Virus record (IMG/VR): IMGVR_UViG_3300045988_159113
Origin: a virus
Length of the DNA: 64,000 bases
Direction: 5' to 3' (one strand)
A program made the position numbers and the translations under genes. The notes below the pieces were generated by a model. It did no database searches. It was not told where the DNA came from and was given only the letters and a program-made list of their open reading frames with translations. How positions within the stretch are numbered: the first letter of the stretch is position 1; each line of letters begins with the position of its first letter. Positions 45,573-56,323 of the stretch are shown one piece after another.

Positions 45573-45962
45573 ATGTCGAAATGTTATCCAGGTAAATATT
45601 CAAGAATTTTGGCTGACCGTATCATGGGTTATCTAAGGTTTCAGTCAGACCAAGAACTTGAATGTGCCAAACCAGAGCAAATCGAACTTATCAAATGCGT
45701 CATGAGTACTCTCAGGCAAATTGCTGATCAGTGTCGATATATTGATCCTGTTATCTTTGCTATTGCGAGGATGAAAAGGAAAGGAAAAATTCTCAGGATT
45801 AACAAAGCTACTGGAGAAAGAAGGTATATCAAAATTTTGGAAAAAGAAATCTTCCCTCCTGGTGATTCTGGGAGAATCACTCTTTCTGATAAAGGTAAAA
45901 TTGCCTGGACAAAAGATGAGATTATCCAAGAAAATAATCATGAATACCTTTACAAGCCGTGA
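45573..45962 (+). CDS. hypothetical protein, family G member 2
   Basis: 129 aa tandem duplicate. Confidence 0.55.
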   Translation: MSKCYPGKYSRILADRIMGYLRFQSDQELECAKPEQIELIKCVMSTLRQIADQCRYIDPVIFAIARMKRKGKILRINKATGERRYIKILEKEIFPPGDSGRITLSDKGKIAWTKDEIIQENNHEYLYKP

Positions 45963-46174
45963 AGTATTACGCAGGAGATAGAGTCTCGCAAACTTGGTTT
46001 GAGTGGTGTGTCCGCAGTTTGAGATTTGGGTCTTGTAAACCTGAGTCTTGCCCAAACTGCAAGACATACCATGCAGCCAATGAGAAAGTCAAAAAATTGT
46101 TAAAAAGTTATATCAAAAGACAGTATGCAGGAAATGATTGTTTTGAACGGGAAGATGTTGAAAGAGGAAGCTGA
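45959..46174 (+). CDS. hypothetical Cys-containing protein
   Basis: Track ORF with a GTG start overlapping the upstream TGA. Confidence 0.3.
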   Translation: MKYYAGDRVSQTWFEWCVRSLRFGSCKPESCPNCKTYHAANEKVKKLLKSYIKRQYAGNDCFEREDVERGS

Positions 46175-46305
46175 AGAGCTTAACAGATACACTTCTCGTT
46201 TTGGCGCGTTCTGAGCGCGTTAAATTCTTCTGGTGAACAATTACACCAGAAAGACGAGATCTTCGCTCTACGAGCCAGCAAATGGCAAAAATCAGGTATT
46301 GAGAG

Positions 46306-46545
46306 ATGAAAAACGTATACGAGATTAAAGGTAAGGGGTTCATCGTTGGTGATTACCCTGCCTGTAACAGTGACAAATGGCTGATGATTGACGCCACAGC
46401 TTTCAATGATACCAACATTAGGAAAACGTTGGTATACGGAGAGGTTGCCGTGTATCTTGGCAGTGTTAAAGAGGTAATCGGAAGACACAAACGGCAGATG
46501 CACGAGATAAGGCGATACACAAAGGCCATATTGAGAAGATCATAG
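46306..46545 (+). CDS. hypothetical protein
   Basis: Intact 79-aa ORF ending in TAG. Confidence 0.45.
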   Translation: MKNVYEIKGKGFIVGDYPACNSDKWLMIDATAFNDTNIRKTLVYGEVAVYLGSVKEVIGRHKRQMHEIRRYTKAILRRS

Positions 46546-46586
46546 ACTAACGAGATCATATTTTGTTAATATGAAATTCTTAGGAT

Positions 46587-46880
46587 ATGACGGACAATTA
46601 CCCTATGGGTACTGCAGACGATCCCAAGGCTCCATGGAACCAGAAAGAGGAACCTTTTAAAAGTGTAGATGTGGCAGTGGTTGCTGTAATGACTAAATAC
46701 TGCACACTATGGAACAGAGGCGAGAGTCTGGAAGAAAGCTATTCAAATTCCGAGTATTCGATACAGGATATGTTGGATATGCTCAAGGTCTACGTTGAAA
46801 AAGACGTGGATAATAAAAACAGAAGTGCTATCCTTTCATCTATCGATGGATGGTACACGGAAACAATAACGATAGAATAA
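46587..46880 (+). CDS. hypothetical protein
   Basis: Intact 97-aa ORF. Confidence 0.5.
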   Translation: MTDNYPMGTADDPKAPWNQKEEPFKSVDVAVVAVMTKYCTLWNRGESLEESYSNSEYSIQDMLDMLKVYVEKDVDNKNRSAILSSIDGWYTETITIE

Positions 46881-46892
46881 AAAAAACAAGAA

Positions 46893-47207
46893 ATGGAAAG
46901 ATTCAATGGAAAGCTTGTGAGACTTTATGAAGTCCACGGAGAATTCGCAGAGCTTCTGTGTTATATGCGCGTAAAGCGTGCGTTTAATAAAGAAGACAAG
47001 TCCGATGATGTCGTCCTCGATGGAATCATTGTCTCATTCGAGCTTAACAAAAACACCGGGCGATTGGTTCTCGATACAAAGAAAGCGTCGACATGTAAAA
47101 CCTTCGCTGAGTACGAAGAGCTGCAAGTGATCAGTGAGTCAGAACTTGCTGGTATAGCTCAGGCTTGCTTTGATGTTGCACTGTATAAAGCTGGTGTCAT
47201 ATCATGA
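46893..47207 (+). CDS. hypothetical protein
   Basis: Intact 104-aa ORF. Confidence 0.5.
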   Translation: MERFNGKLVRLYEVHGEFAELLCYMRVKRAFNKEDKSDDVVLDGIIVSFELNKNTGRLVLDTKKASTCKTFAEYEELQVISESELAGIAQACFDVALYKAGVIS

Positions 47208-47584
47208 GCAGCTATTTTACGATCTCTCTCAGGCCAAAAAGGTCTGAGGGGGACCTGTCGCTTGTTTCTTATTCAAGAGTGTCGGAAGTCTATGATGAAC
47301 TTTACGAGGGAACCACAGACAGTCAGGGCGAATTGACTAAGGAAAAGATCGATGGGATTGTGGGCAATCTGGAGGCCAAAATATCCAGAGATAAAGACCA
47401 ACTGCATAAGTATCACGAACTGGCAAAAATCAACACAGAATATGTCGAGGATTATATTTCTTTTGGCGAGTATGTCGATAATGAAATCGAGACACTCAAC
47501 AAAATCAAGACAATCCAGGACATAGTGCATGATACCTATGACGGTTATAATAGTTTCGAATCTGTTAATTGGAAAATAGAATGA
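47204..47584 (+). CDS. hypothetical protein
   Basis: Intact 126-aa ORF with ATGA overlap. Confidence 0.5.
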   Translation: MSSYFTISLRPKRSEGDLSLVSYSRVSEVYDELYEGTTDSQGELTKEKIDGIVGNLEAKISRDKDQLHKYHELAKINTEYVEDYISFGEYVDNEIETLNKIKTIQDIVHDTYDGYNSFESVNWKIE

Positions 47585-47940
47585 AAGCAAAATATAAATA
47601 TGGAGACATTGTTTCCTTTGAACTTAATGGTGAAAAGATGCAGGGCATCGTGTACATAGTGGACCACAATGGCACGTTTGAACAAAGCACCTATCCATCT
47701 TATGACATTATGGTGAACCACATGCTGTACAAGCACATCACGGAACCGTGTGTGTCTCTTGTTCTTGCTTCACCATTTCATAATGCCAGGTATGTGTTTG
47801 ATGAGGATTTCGCTAATCGTCTCCTCTGTCTGGCTGAGAATGCTAAGGATAACTCAGTCTCAGGATTTGCTGACGAGATGATAGAAAAGGCAAAAGTCTT
47901 GATCGAGTACCAAAAACTCGCAAAGTATGGTGACCTGTAA
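47581..47940 (+). CDS. hypothetical protein
   Basis: ATG at 47581 (ATGA overlap) in track ORF 47569..47940. Confidence 0.5.
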   Translation: MKAKYKYGDIVSFELNGEKMQGIVYIVDHNGTFEQSTYPSYDIMVNHMLYKHITEPCVSLVLASPFHNARYVFDEDFANRLLCLAENAKDNSVSGFADEMIEKAKVLIEYQKLAKYGDL

Positions 47941-48787
47941 TTTTTATATCCCACTATCTGATACAAATAAATACCTCAGAATTGACTATCTCAATGCTCG
48001 TTATAGCGTAGTAGCCGGCACTATTAATTTTGATCTTTTTAGTGCTATAAACAGGATAAATTTTACAAGTTATCAACATGACTATGGCATAGCTCCTATT
48101 ATCTCCATAAACAAAAACGGAGACGTTAAGATAGGCAACGAGATATTCAACAGTATCTGGCACAATGTGCCTGGCTCTGCCCGTCAGCTTTTTGGTTGGG
48201 AGTGGACAGATGAAAGGTTCGGTGAGTATATAGTGGAGAGAATACGTCAGCTAATTTTTATACCGGCTGGTTCTCGTGATGATTTCAGACTTTGGATTGG
48301 TGATAACAGTGGACGCGTGCGCATTACTCATTTCATGGATAAGGTGACATTGATATCTATGGATGATGTTTATCTTTCTTGCATATGGAATCATTATCAT
48401 ATAGCACGGAAGGAGATATCGCGGATTATTGGCCATACATTTTCAGGCTATGTGTTTCCATTTTGTCCTTATGAAGAGACAGTCTACAAAATCATCAACT
48501 ACATAAACGAGAACTATAAGTCAGGGACTACAATCTCTGCCTCTATTGATACAGTCACGATTGGCTGCAAACAGTACGAGATAAAGCAGACAAAGAAAGG
48601 TATGTATTACCTGGCGGATTTCCCTGCTGCCGAGCATCGCGTTCTTCTCAAGTCCTATATCATCGCCCTTTTTCCTGGAAAAAGATTCGTGGGAGTATTC
48701 CCAGAATTTGAGACAAAAACAGAATTGTTAAAATTTATTAGCAGAATAAAAGATGATAGAAGATTTTCTGAAAAAAAAGATAGGTGA
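47927..48787 (+). CDS. family F member F3
   Basis: VYKIINYINENY...YEIKQTKKGMYY...GVFPEFETKTELLKFI. Confidence 0.6.
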   Translation: MVTCNFYIPLSDTNKYLRIDYLNARYSVVAGTINFDLFSAINRINFTSYQHDYGIAPIISINKNGDVKIGNEIFNSIWHNVPGSARQLFGWEWTDERFGEYIVERIRQLIFIPAGSRDDFRLWIGDNSGRVRITHFMDKVTLISMDDVYLSCIWNHYHIARKEISRIIGHTFSGYVFPFCPYEETVYKIINYINENYKSGTTISASIDTVTIGCKQYEIKQTKKGMYYLADFPAAEHRVLLKSYIIALFPGKRFVGVFPEFETKTELLKFISRIKDDRRFSEKKDR

Positions 48788-49640
48788 CATAACCGGCTTC
48801 GAGATATTCTTCAGATTTGGAGCCAGACTTTGGTTTCGATTTAATCTTATAACTGGGGAACATGAACTAGTCAATCGCGCTGATCATTGGGAAGATGCAA
48901 ATGATTTTGCTATGCGATATTACAAATATCGGTTCCTAGTAGATCCACCTATCCGCATCATTGGTGACAACAAGATACTGATGCCAAATTTCGAATACGA
49001 CACAGAAAGGAAAAAGTACAAGATAACACTGTACGATTGTGAAGAGCGAAGTTTTACAATCTATGGATTACTTGAACATCTACGTCGTCGTGTAAAGCGT
49101 CTTGTCTTTGTTCCTGTTCAATATTGCCAGTTTATCATGAACTTTGGAAATCTTCATGTGATGGCTGAGATCACGGAAACTCCACGATGGTTTCAAATAG
49201 TGTGTGATAACGACATGATACCTAAGATGTTGGAATATTACAGGATAAGAGAAACACCGCCTAATGTTCAAATCGTGGATGGATCAATGATCATAGGCGA
49301 GACTCTAGAGGATATCCTGGAATTTATTAATCAGGTAAACGCTAAGTGTTATAACATCGTAGATGTTGACATTCCAAATAAGGGCTTAACTTTCTCAATT
49401 GAAGACGATAACATTATCATCAACGGAGAGAAGTTTGAGATCAGAAAAAGCAGGATGTCAAAGTTCTATGTGCGTGGATTTGATGAAAACACCAGTCATA
49501 AGATTGCGGAGTTTTTCAAGCAACAATATCCAGACAAACGCACAACGGGAGTATTCCCGGAGTTTAAAACAAAAGAGGATTTAATAGATTTTATTTTGAA
49601 ATTAAAAGATGACTCAAATATATTTGAAAACATATCGTAG
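48753..49640 (+). CDS. family F member F4
   Basis: FEIRKSRMSKFYVRG...GVFPEFKTKEDLIDFI. Ends in TAG. Confidence 0.6.
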   Translation: MIEDFLKKKIGDITGFEIFFRFGARLWFRFNLITGEHELVNRADHWEDANDFAMRYYKYRFLVDPPIRIIGDNKILMPNFEYDTERKKYKITLYDCEERSFTIYGLLEHLRRRVKRLVFVPVQYCQFIMNFGNLHVMAEITETPRWFQIVCDNDMIPKMLEYYRIRETPPNVQIVDGSMIIGETLEDILEFINQVNAKCYNIVDVDIPNKGLTFSIEDDNIIINGEKFEIRKSRMSKFYVRGFDENTSHKIAEFFKQQYPDKRTTGVFPEFKTKEDLIDFILKLKDDSNIFENIS

Positions 49641-50394
49641 ATTACATGTCTATGATATAGAAACTGAAAAAGTCGAAATCTTCACTGGAAGGTTATCAGA
49701 CGAGGTAACAATCCGAGAGGACGAAAACAGACTTGCACCAATCAGTCCCTATATTGAGAATGTTATATCTATCTTTGGTGTAAAGTGCGCCCTTGCTGTG
49801 AGTTATAGAACAAAGGACGGAATGCGGATCAATGTACCTAGATCAAGTGCTCCGATCCGGTATCTATTCAATAAAACAGACGGCGATCCGTACATTAACA
49901 CTATCGACTTTATCCGTAAGCTTCAGAGTATTTTAAAGTATTCGTCGAAGTATTACAAATTCATTGGCTCAACTTCCATGGTAGGAAATGGCCAGCAATT
50001 CTTCAATTTGGCTAACAAAGAAGATATCAGATCAGCCAACATTAGGTACAACTATGACCAAATAAAAAATCCGTTCTGCAATTATATGCGGAAGAATTTG
50101 GTGAATGTATGGCTCGAGAGTATATCGGGTGCAATAGACAATCTTCATTTTAGGAATTTCATGACATGGTATATTCTGGAAGGAAATGTTCCTGAAGATC
50201 TGGAAATTGTCAAAACATGCCTCGGTATGTATTACATAAAATCACAGCGAGGAGTTGACCCATTCCAAGGCATACAAAACAAGTATGATTTTGTATCTGC
50301 AATTGTAGGATACAAAGTAAGAAAAGGCATCTCTCCAGAAGTGAGAACTGAAGAAGATGCCAAAGCAGTCATCGAACGTTTAAATTGTAGATAA
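49609..50394 (+). CDS. family F member F5
   Basis: IVGYKVRKGISPEVRTEEDAKAVIERL tail. Confidence 0.55.
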   Translation: MTQIYLKTYRRLHVYDIETEKVEIFTGRLSDEVTIREDENRLAPISPYIENVISIFGVKCALAVSYRTKDGMRINVPRSSAPIRYLFNKTDGDPYINTIDFIRKLQSILKYSSKYYKFIGSTSMVGNGQQFFNLANKEDIRSANIRYNYDQIKNPFCNYMRKNLVNVWLESISGAIDNLHFRNFMTWYILEGNVPEDLEIVKTCLGMYYIKSQRGVDPFQGIQNKYDFVSAIVGYKVRKGISPEVRTEEDAKAVIERLNCR

Positions 50395-51326
50395 TGGGAT
50401 TTTTTATAGCTTATAATAAAATTTACCTCGCAGAGAGTAACGGAAGGATTACCTCCCTCTTGAATATCGACGAGATAGATTTTCCGTGTACGTTCATAAA
50501 TAACGAAGTGAATTCCTATGATGAACTCAAACAGGTATTGATAGATGAGAACACAAGCCGGTTCTTTCAATATCAGCGAACGATGGGACATAAGCCAGTT
50601 TTGGAAATTGCGACCACCAAAAAGCGTAGTAGGTTTACGATTTCGTTTTATGATCAAGTGATCTATGAGGAGTTTGAAGATGGAACTATTGCGGTTGCAA
50701 ATAATCTAAGCAAGGCCGTTAGGGAAGTTTTGAATTCTTCAGATTCTATTTTCACAAAGTATCAAATACTCCTTGAGTTGTTGCCTATCAAAACGATAGG
50801 GAAATATATGTTCAGGATTGGGCGAAATGAAAATCTTAATCGTTCTATGAATGGTATGATTTACAGATACGGTGAAGCATTCTATCTTGTAGGCAGCAGG
50901 CTGACAGATTTTTTTGATGAGGCCGTTATCGCTCAGCTGCTTCTCAGAAATCAGCTCAACTATATTGACGACGGTATCTTTAAGTCCAAAATAGCCAGCG
51001 TCTACACCACAATATCTTTTATGGATTTTATCCGGGAACTCAATTCATCTATCTATCTTACCAATAGAGAAAAGATTGAATTGAACGGAGATCAAATCAT
51101 ATATGGAGACAATAAGCTTTCAATTAAGCAATCCCCGACAAACAACAAGTGGTTCATCGCTGGTCCTTTTGATCTTATCCTTAACATGTTCGGAGCAGAA
51201 ACTCGAGCTGAACTCGATGAATATATCTCAAAACAGATAGGAAAGAAAAGAAGGAATGGTGTATTTCCAAATTGTGACTCAAGGGATGAAATAATAAAAC
51301 TTGTAGAGTCATTACAAAATGAGTAA
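50394..51326 (+). CDS. family F member F6
   Basis: SIKQSPTNNKWFIAG...GVFPNCDSRDEIIKLV. Confidence 0.6.
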   Translation: MGFFIAYNKIYLAESNGRITSLLNIDEIDFPCTFINNEVNSYDELKQVLIDENTSRFFQYQRTMGHKPVLEIATTKKRSRFTISFYDQVIYEEFEDGTIAVANNLSKAVREVLNSSDSIFTKYQILLELLPIKTIGKYMFRIGRNENLNRSMNGMIYRYGEAFYLVGSRLTDFFDEAVIAQLLLRNQLNYIDDGIFKSKIASVYTTISFMDFIRELNSSIYLTNREKIELNGDQIIYGDNKLSIKQSPTNNKWFIAGPFDLILNMFGAETRAELDEYISKQIGKKRRNGVFPNCDSRDEIIKLVESLQNE

Positions 51327-52332
51327 ATACAAATATTACATTTACGAAAATCTTTCAAGTAGACTTGTATGTCTTGATCTTATCATAGGAGCTTTCGTGT
51401 CTGATTTCGTTAATGTGTATAGCATGCAAACTTGTCAGTACGAATTCAAAGATAAGAAATTTGAGACAGCTTATGAATTCCTATCTTATTTAAGACTTTT
51501 GAATTCTTCGACTGCTATGAATTATGAGAATGATTTTGGAATCAGACCTCCGTATAAAGTAGATCAAAAAATCATCGGACCAAGACTTTATACATATTTT
51601 GAATTCAAAAGTTCGGCTGTAAGTTTTACACCATCTATAGTTCCAAATTTGCATCTAAATAAACCGATTGACAAATTCTTTGCAAATACAAAAGGCCAGC
51701 GTTTTGACATAGAGTATATGATAAAGTTGCATAACTTTCTCATTAACTCGATGGTTATAAGTCCATTGCTCAAAAGTGGCACCAACCAAGTTGGCACCTA
51801 TCAATTTCTGATTAGGTATGCTGATGGAAAAACTACGACTGCTATAATTAATCGCGGCGCATGCGAAAATCGTTGTTATCTTTACGCACATTGTATGGCT
51901 AATGAAGAGATTTTCAACTCTTACAATATTCCAAAAAGAGAGATCTTAAAGATCTTAGAAGATGCCGGGTTTGAATGGCACGGAAGATGGCCTGAAACGA
52001 ATATGCAAACCGTCTATAAGATCATCGACTACATCAATCAGCACTACTATGCTTTTTGTTCATCTGTAGACGACGATTTTGTAGTTTCTGATTCTGGCAT
52101 TTCATATTGCGGAATTATCTTCAAAATCAAGCAACATAGAAATGGTAAGTGGTATATCGACGGAGATATCACGAAAATCATTTCTATGTTTAAGATGCCA
52201 GACATAACAGAATTTAGGAATTTTATTAACAAAGTTCTTGGAAGAAAATTCAGAAAAGGAGTTTTTCCTGAATGCGACTCAAAGGAAGAAATTATAAAAC
52301 TTTTAAATGAAATAACAAAATGTCCAACTTAA
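51319..52332 (+). CDS. family F member F7
   Basis: WPETNMQTVYKIIDYINQHYYAF...KIKQHRNGKWYIDGD...GVFPECDSKEEIIKLL. Confidence 0.65.
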   Translation: MSKYKYYIYENLSSRLVCLDLIIGAFVSDFVNVYSMQTCQYEFKDKKFETAYEFLSYLRLLNSSTAMNYENDFGIRPPYKVDQKIIGPRLYTYFEFKSSAVSFTPSIVPNLHLNKPIDKFFANTKGQRFDIEYMIKLHNFLINSMVISPLLKSGTNQVGTYQFLIRYADGKTTTAIINRGACENRCYLYAHCMANEEIFNSYNIPKREILKILEDAGFEWHGRWPETNMQTVYKIIDYINQHYYAFCSSVDDDFVVSDSGISYCGIIFKIKQHRNGKWYIDGDITKIISMFKMPDITEFRNFINKVLGRKFRKGVFPECDSKEEIIKLLNEITKCPT

Positions 52333-53333
52333 TACCCGACTTAAAATACTGGTATTATTCCAAGAAATCTAAGCATCTCATCAAACTTGGGTTCTCGTCT
52401 ACCGATGATTGGGCTATTACTCTTGTAAGTTTTCCGTTTACTTATTCAACACCTTGTGAGTTTTATAAGTTCGAAAATGAACGAGACCTTGTCTTCTTCT
52501 GCAACGGACACAACCGCGAAGTGGAGAAAAAGTACAATGAAATCTACAAGATCAAACCGCCATATAATCTTCGGACATTCCTGGATTATACGGGAGAGAA
52601 TGTGGCATGCTTGTTCATTTATAAAGGGCGCGCGCTCGCGTTCAAGGATATGCAGTCTATACCAGATTTGAATAGGGCGTTTTGGAATCCAAAAGATGAT
52701 GCACTTGTTTATGACTTCTTTAAAGAATGCGACGGCGAATTGTTTGATGTCGCTTTTCTCTTGAAGCTCCACAAATTCGCTTTGGAAAATATGATCTTTA
52801 CACCCGAGATAACACTCAATGGCAAAGTAGATTTCAATGTCAAGGTTAAAAACCAAGTGTACCACGCAAGAGTTCAAGGTGGTTATTATCCAGGAAAGTC
52901 ATATTTTCTTCACTTTTATAAGATAAGTAATGATGTAGTCTTTAAGTATTATAAAATACCAGAAAAGACTATTTCAGACTTATTTTCTGTTAGAGAAGGA
53001 TTATGGCCATACTCCGACGAGAAGACGCTTTACGCTATTATTGATTTCGTAAATGAATCAAGATACGCGAACTTTTTATCTCAGAAAATAAGCATCAAGG
53101 ATAACGTCATCACTTGCCAGTTTGGAATGTTTACCATAGAACAGAACAAAAAGGGGAAGTGGTATCTCAAAGGAGACATCGATGGTATACTCCACATGTT
53201 CAATCTCGGCACTGCTGCTGAGTTAAAAGTATATGTGAACAATATTCTTGGTGTAAAAAGAAGAGCTGGCGTCTTCCCTGAGTGTGAGACGAAGGAGGAA
53301 GTTATAAAGCTTTTAAACAAGGTAACAGAATGA
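52320..53333 (+). CDS. family F member F8
   Basis: LKYWYYSKK...KIKPPY...LHKFALEN...IIDFVNESRYANF...NKKGKWYLKGD...GVFPECETKEEVIKLL. Confidence 0.65.
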   Translation: MSNLIPDLKYWYYSKKSKHLIKLGFSSTDDWAITLVSFPFTYSTPCEFYKFENERDLVFFCNGHNREVEKKYNEIYKIKPPYNLRTFLDYTGENVACLFIYKGRALAFKDMQSIPDLNRAFWNPKDDALVYDFFKECDGELFDVAFLLKLHKFALENMIFTPEITLNGKVDFNVKVKNQVYHARVQGGYYPGKSYFLHFYKISNDVVFKYYKIPEKTISDLFSVREGLWPYSDEKTLYAIIDFVNESRYANFLSQKISIKDNVITCQFGMFTIEQNKKGKWYLKGDIDGILHMFNLGTAAELKVYVNNILGVKRRAGVFPECETKEEVIKLLNKVTE

Positions 53334-54340
53334 ATACATTAAAATACTGGTATTATTCCAAGAAGCAAAAGACATTTGCTTTTCTTGGATTCCCGTCTAT
53401 TGATGATTCACATATCTCACGTGTACAATTTCCAATTACTATTTCTGATTCTTCTGGGCCTCACAGGTTCACTAACGAGAATGCACTTGTTTCTTATTGT
53501 GCTGAGCACAACCGACAAGTAGAGAAAGAGTACGAGGAAACATTCAAAATAGAACCTCCATATCTCTTACAGCCATATATTGATTACGATGGCAGTATGA
53601 CGTATTATGTTTATTACAGAGATCGTGAGCTTGTATTTGAAGATATGCATGTCATTCCTAAGCTTAACAAAGACATTTGGAATACTGTGGAAGATGCTCC
53701 TATTTACGAATTTCTTAGAAGGCATCGCGGTCAACTGTTTGATTCTGCGATGATGACACAGTTTCACAAGTTCGCGCTGGCGAATGAAGTGTTCTCTCCA
53801 TGTCATGCGACCTTTGGACGTGTTAGGTTTGCAGTGAAGCTAGGGGATCGCATAAGTATTGCAGAAGTTTGTGGACGTCTTAGCAGAGAAGACCCTTGCT
53901 TCTTGAACTTTGACAGCAAAGCAGAGTCAAACAAAGAGGTTTTCGAGTATTACAACATATCACGAGAATATCTTTCCAATCTCTTCCACATCGATACAAC
54001 AGGAGATTGGCCGTACTCTGCAAAACAAACAGTGTATGACATCATCAATTACATAAACAGTACAAAATACGCGAACTGTTCGATACCTCAGGGAATAATT
54101 ATTCAAGGCAATGTTGTCAAGTATCAATCTGCAACATTTACCATAGAGCAAACTAAAAACTCAAAGTGGTATTTGTGCGGTGATATTAATAGCATCCTTG
54201 AAATGTTCGGGCTCGATAGCAAAGATAAGCTAAGAACATATGTGAATAGTATTCTCGGAGAGAAGAAAAGATCCGGAATCTTTCCTGAATGTGAAACAAG
54301 AGAGGAAATCAAGAAACTCATAACATCAATAACAACATGA
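53330..54340 (+). CDS. family F member F9
   Basis: LKYWYYSKK...FHKFALAN...IINYINSTKYAN...TKNSKWYLCGD...GIFPECETREEIKKLI. Confidence 0.65.
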   Translation: MNTLKYWYYSKKQKTFAFLGFPSIDDSHISRVQFPITISDSSGPHRFTNENALVSYCAEHNRQVEKEYEETFKIEPPYLLQPYIDYDGSMTYYVYYRDRELVFEDMHVIPKLNKDIWNTVEDAPIYEFLRRHRGQLFDSAMMTQFHKFALANEVFSPCHATFGRVRFAVKLGDRISIAEVCGRLSREDPCFLNFDSKAESNKEVFEYYNISREYLSNLFHIDTTGDWPYSAKQTVYDIINYINSTKYANCSIPQGIIIQGNVVKYQSATFTIEQTKNSKWYLCGDINSILEMFGLDSKDKLRTYVNSILGEKKRSGIFPECETREEIKKLITSITT

Positions 54341-55347
54341 ACAATTTTGCATATTATGTATATAACGACATCAATAATTGTGTTTATAGTCTTGATCTTT
54401 TAAGTGAGACAGTAACCAAGTCGCTTGATTTTTGGATTAATACTCATACTGGATATCATTTTTTCCATGAAATATTTAATTCAAAACCCGAGCTTTTGAG
54501 ATGTCTGAATGATATGAATCAGGCAACGGCTAATTCATACACTAGGACATTTTTGATAGATCCGCCGTATTACGTAAAGCAGTCATGGCAGCCAGTAACG
54601 AACATATTGTCAACTCGTATAACAGCCTATAATATGACCTGTACATTCATTGCAGAAGGAGGAGGTCCTACTGGTTGTGAAAATGGCACGGAGTTCGAGA
54701 AGTTTCTTTTTATGAATAGAGAAAAGCGTTTCGATATTTATTATCTTGCACGCATTCATAAGTTTCTTATCAAATCTAAAATTGTTAGACCAGTTGTGAA
54801 TGATGGGAGAGCCTTGCCTAGGTTAATTGACGATATACTGTTCAATGTTGCCCTTGGTACTGGTGATACAACAACAGCAAAGATTGATAAATTCAGTGGG
54901 TTTTTCCTCAACCTCAAAGGTTGTACTAATGACCAGATCTTCAAGACTTACGGAATAGAAAAAGCAAGTCTTCAAAGATTCCTGACTAAGCCAATGGTCG
55001 CTACTCAGTATTGGCCAGAGGACACGCTGGATTCATTGGCTAAGATTATCAACTATATCAACAACAACTTCTACGCTTTTTGCGGTCCGAAAACAACATT
55101 GTCAATTTCTGGTAATGAAATTATGTTTTTCGGAACTTCTCTTTTCGTTTCACAATTGAAGAATGGGAAGTGGTACATCAAAGGTGATATGGAAAAGATA
55201 TGTCAGCTGTTTGGTGTATCCACTTGTGTAGAGCTTAGGCGTTTTGTTGATAGAACACTTGGGGAGAAAATACGCCATGGTATATTTCCCGAGTGTGATT
55301 CGAGAGATGAGATTTTTAAATTACTAGATAAAGTGAAAAATGTCTGA
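54337..55347 (+). CDS. family F member F10
   Basis: IHKFLIKS...IINYINNNFYAF...LKNGKWYIKGD...GIFPECDSRDEIFKLL. Confidence 0.65.
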   Translation: MNNFAYYVYNDINNCVYSLDLLSETVTKSLDFWINTHTGYHFFHEIFNSKPELLRCLNDMNQATANSYTRTFLIDPPYYVKQSWQPVTNILSTRITAYNMTCTFIAEGGGPTGCENGTEFEKFLFMNREKRFDIYYLARIHKFLIKSKIVRPVVNDGRALPRLIDDILFNVALGTGDTTTAKIDKFSGFFLNLKGCTNDQIFKTYGIEKASLQRFLTKPMVATQYWPEDTLDSLAKIINYINNNFYAFCGPKTTLSISGNEIMFFGTSLFVSQLKNGKWYIKGDMEKICQLFGVSTCVELRRFVDRTLGEKIRHGIFPECDSRDEIFKLLDKVKNV

Positions 55348-56323
55348 TTTAAAATATCTATATTATTCAATTAAACAAGGGAAGCTTCTAGCTCTTTATC
55401 TTGAAGATGGAAAGTTTGACCTTTACCCTGTAAGATTTCCGTTTGAATTTGAATCGAAAACTTTTTCTGGTCCAACTGGACTTGTTCTTTTTTGTGAAAG
55501 TTATAACAAAACAACAGCGAAGAAGTACAGGAAGCTTTACGGAATCAAACCACCATATGTTCTTCATACTTATATTGGTATCGGAGGAGAAGTTGTGTGT
55601 TTATTTACTTTTCACGGGAACAAATTGTCTGTTACTGATGGATTGGACTTTCCAAAATTAAACACTACAATTTGGAATCAGGAAATTGATGCGCCACTTG
55701 ATAACTTCTGCAAACAACACCAAGACAAAATGTTCAACTTGTCGGCAGTGATTGCATTTCACAGGTTCTTCATTGATAGCATGGTTATCGCACCGATAGG
55801 TCCCGGCTATTTTAATGCAAAACTTGACGGGATTATTTATCATACTGAGATAAGAGCAGATTCAGATTTTTGGTATCTGTATTTTTCAAATTCTCTATCA
55901 AACGATCATATCTTTGAGTATTATAATATACCAAAAGATGAAGTTTTGGAAGTGATAAACCAAAAGCATTGGGCTGGGGCTTGGCCAGAGTCAAGTAAAG
56001 AAAACCTGTTCAAACTTATTGATTATATCAACAGAAGGTACTATGCAAATTTTGTATACGAGAGTTTTAAGATCACGGAAAATTCTATCGTGTCCAATTT
56101 TGGATGTTTGGATTTCAAGCAGAACAAGAAGAGTGGCGGCTGGTTCCTATCCGGGAATATGAATGTCATTCTCGCTTTGTTCAAACTTGAATCTATAGGA
56201 GATTTGAAAGCTCGTGCGAATGAAATTCTCGGAAAACAAAAACGAAGTGGTATTTTCCCAGAATGTGATTCGAAAACAGAACTCATTGCACTCATAAAAA
56301 CAATTAAAGATGAACGCAGATAA
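55340..56323 (+). CDS. family F member F11
   Basis: GIKPPY...LIDYINRRYYANF...GIFPECDSKTELIALI. Confidence 0.65.
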   Translation: MSDLKYLYYSIKQGKLLALYLEDGKFDLYPVRFPFEFESKTFSGPTGLVLFCESYNKTTAKKYRKLYGIKPPYVLHTYIGIGGEVVCLFTFHGNKLSVTDGLDFPKLNTTIWNQEIDAPLDNFCKQHQDKMFNLSAVIAFHRFFIDSMVIAPIGPGYFNAKLDGIIYHTEIRADSDFWYLYFSNSLSNDHIFEYYNIPKDEVLEVINQKHWAGAWPESSKENLFKLIDYINRRYYANFVYESFKITENSIVSNFGCLDFKQNKKSGGWFLSGNMNVILALFKLESIGDLKARANEILGKQKRSGIFPECDSKTELIALIKTIKDERR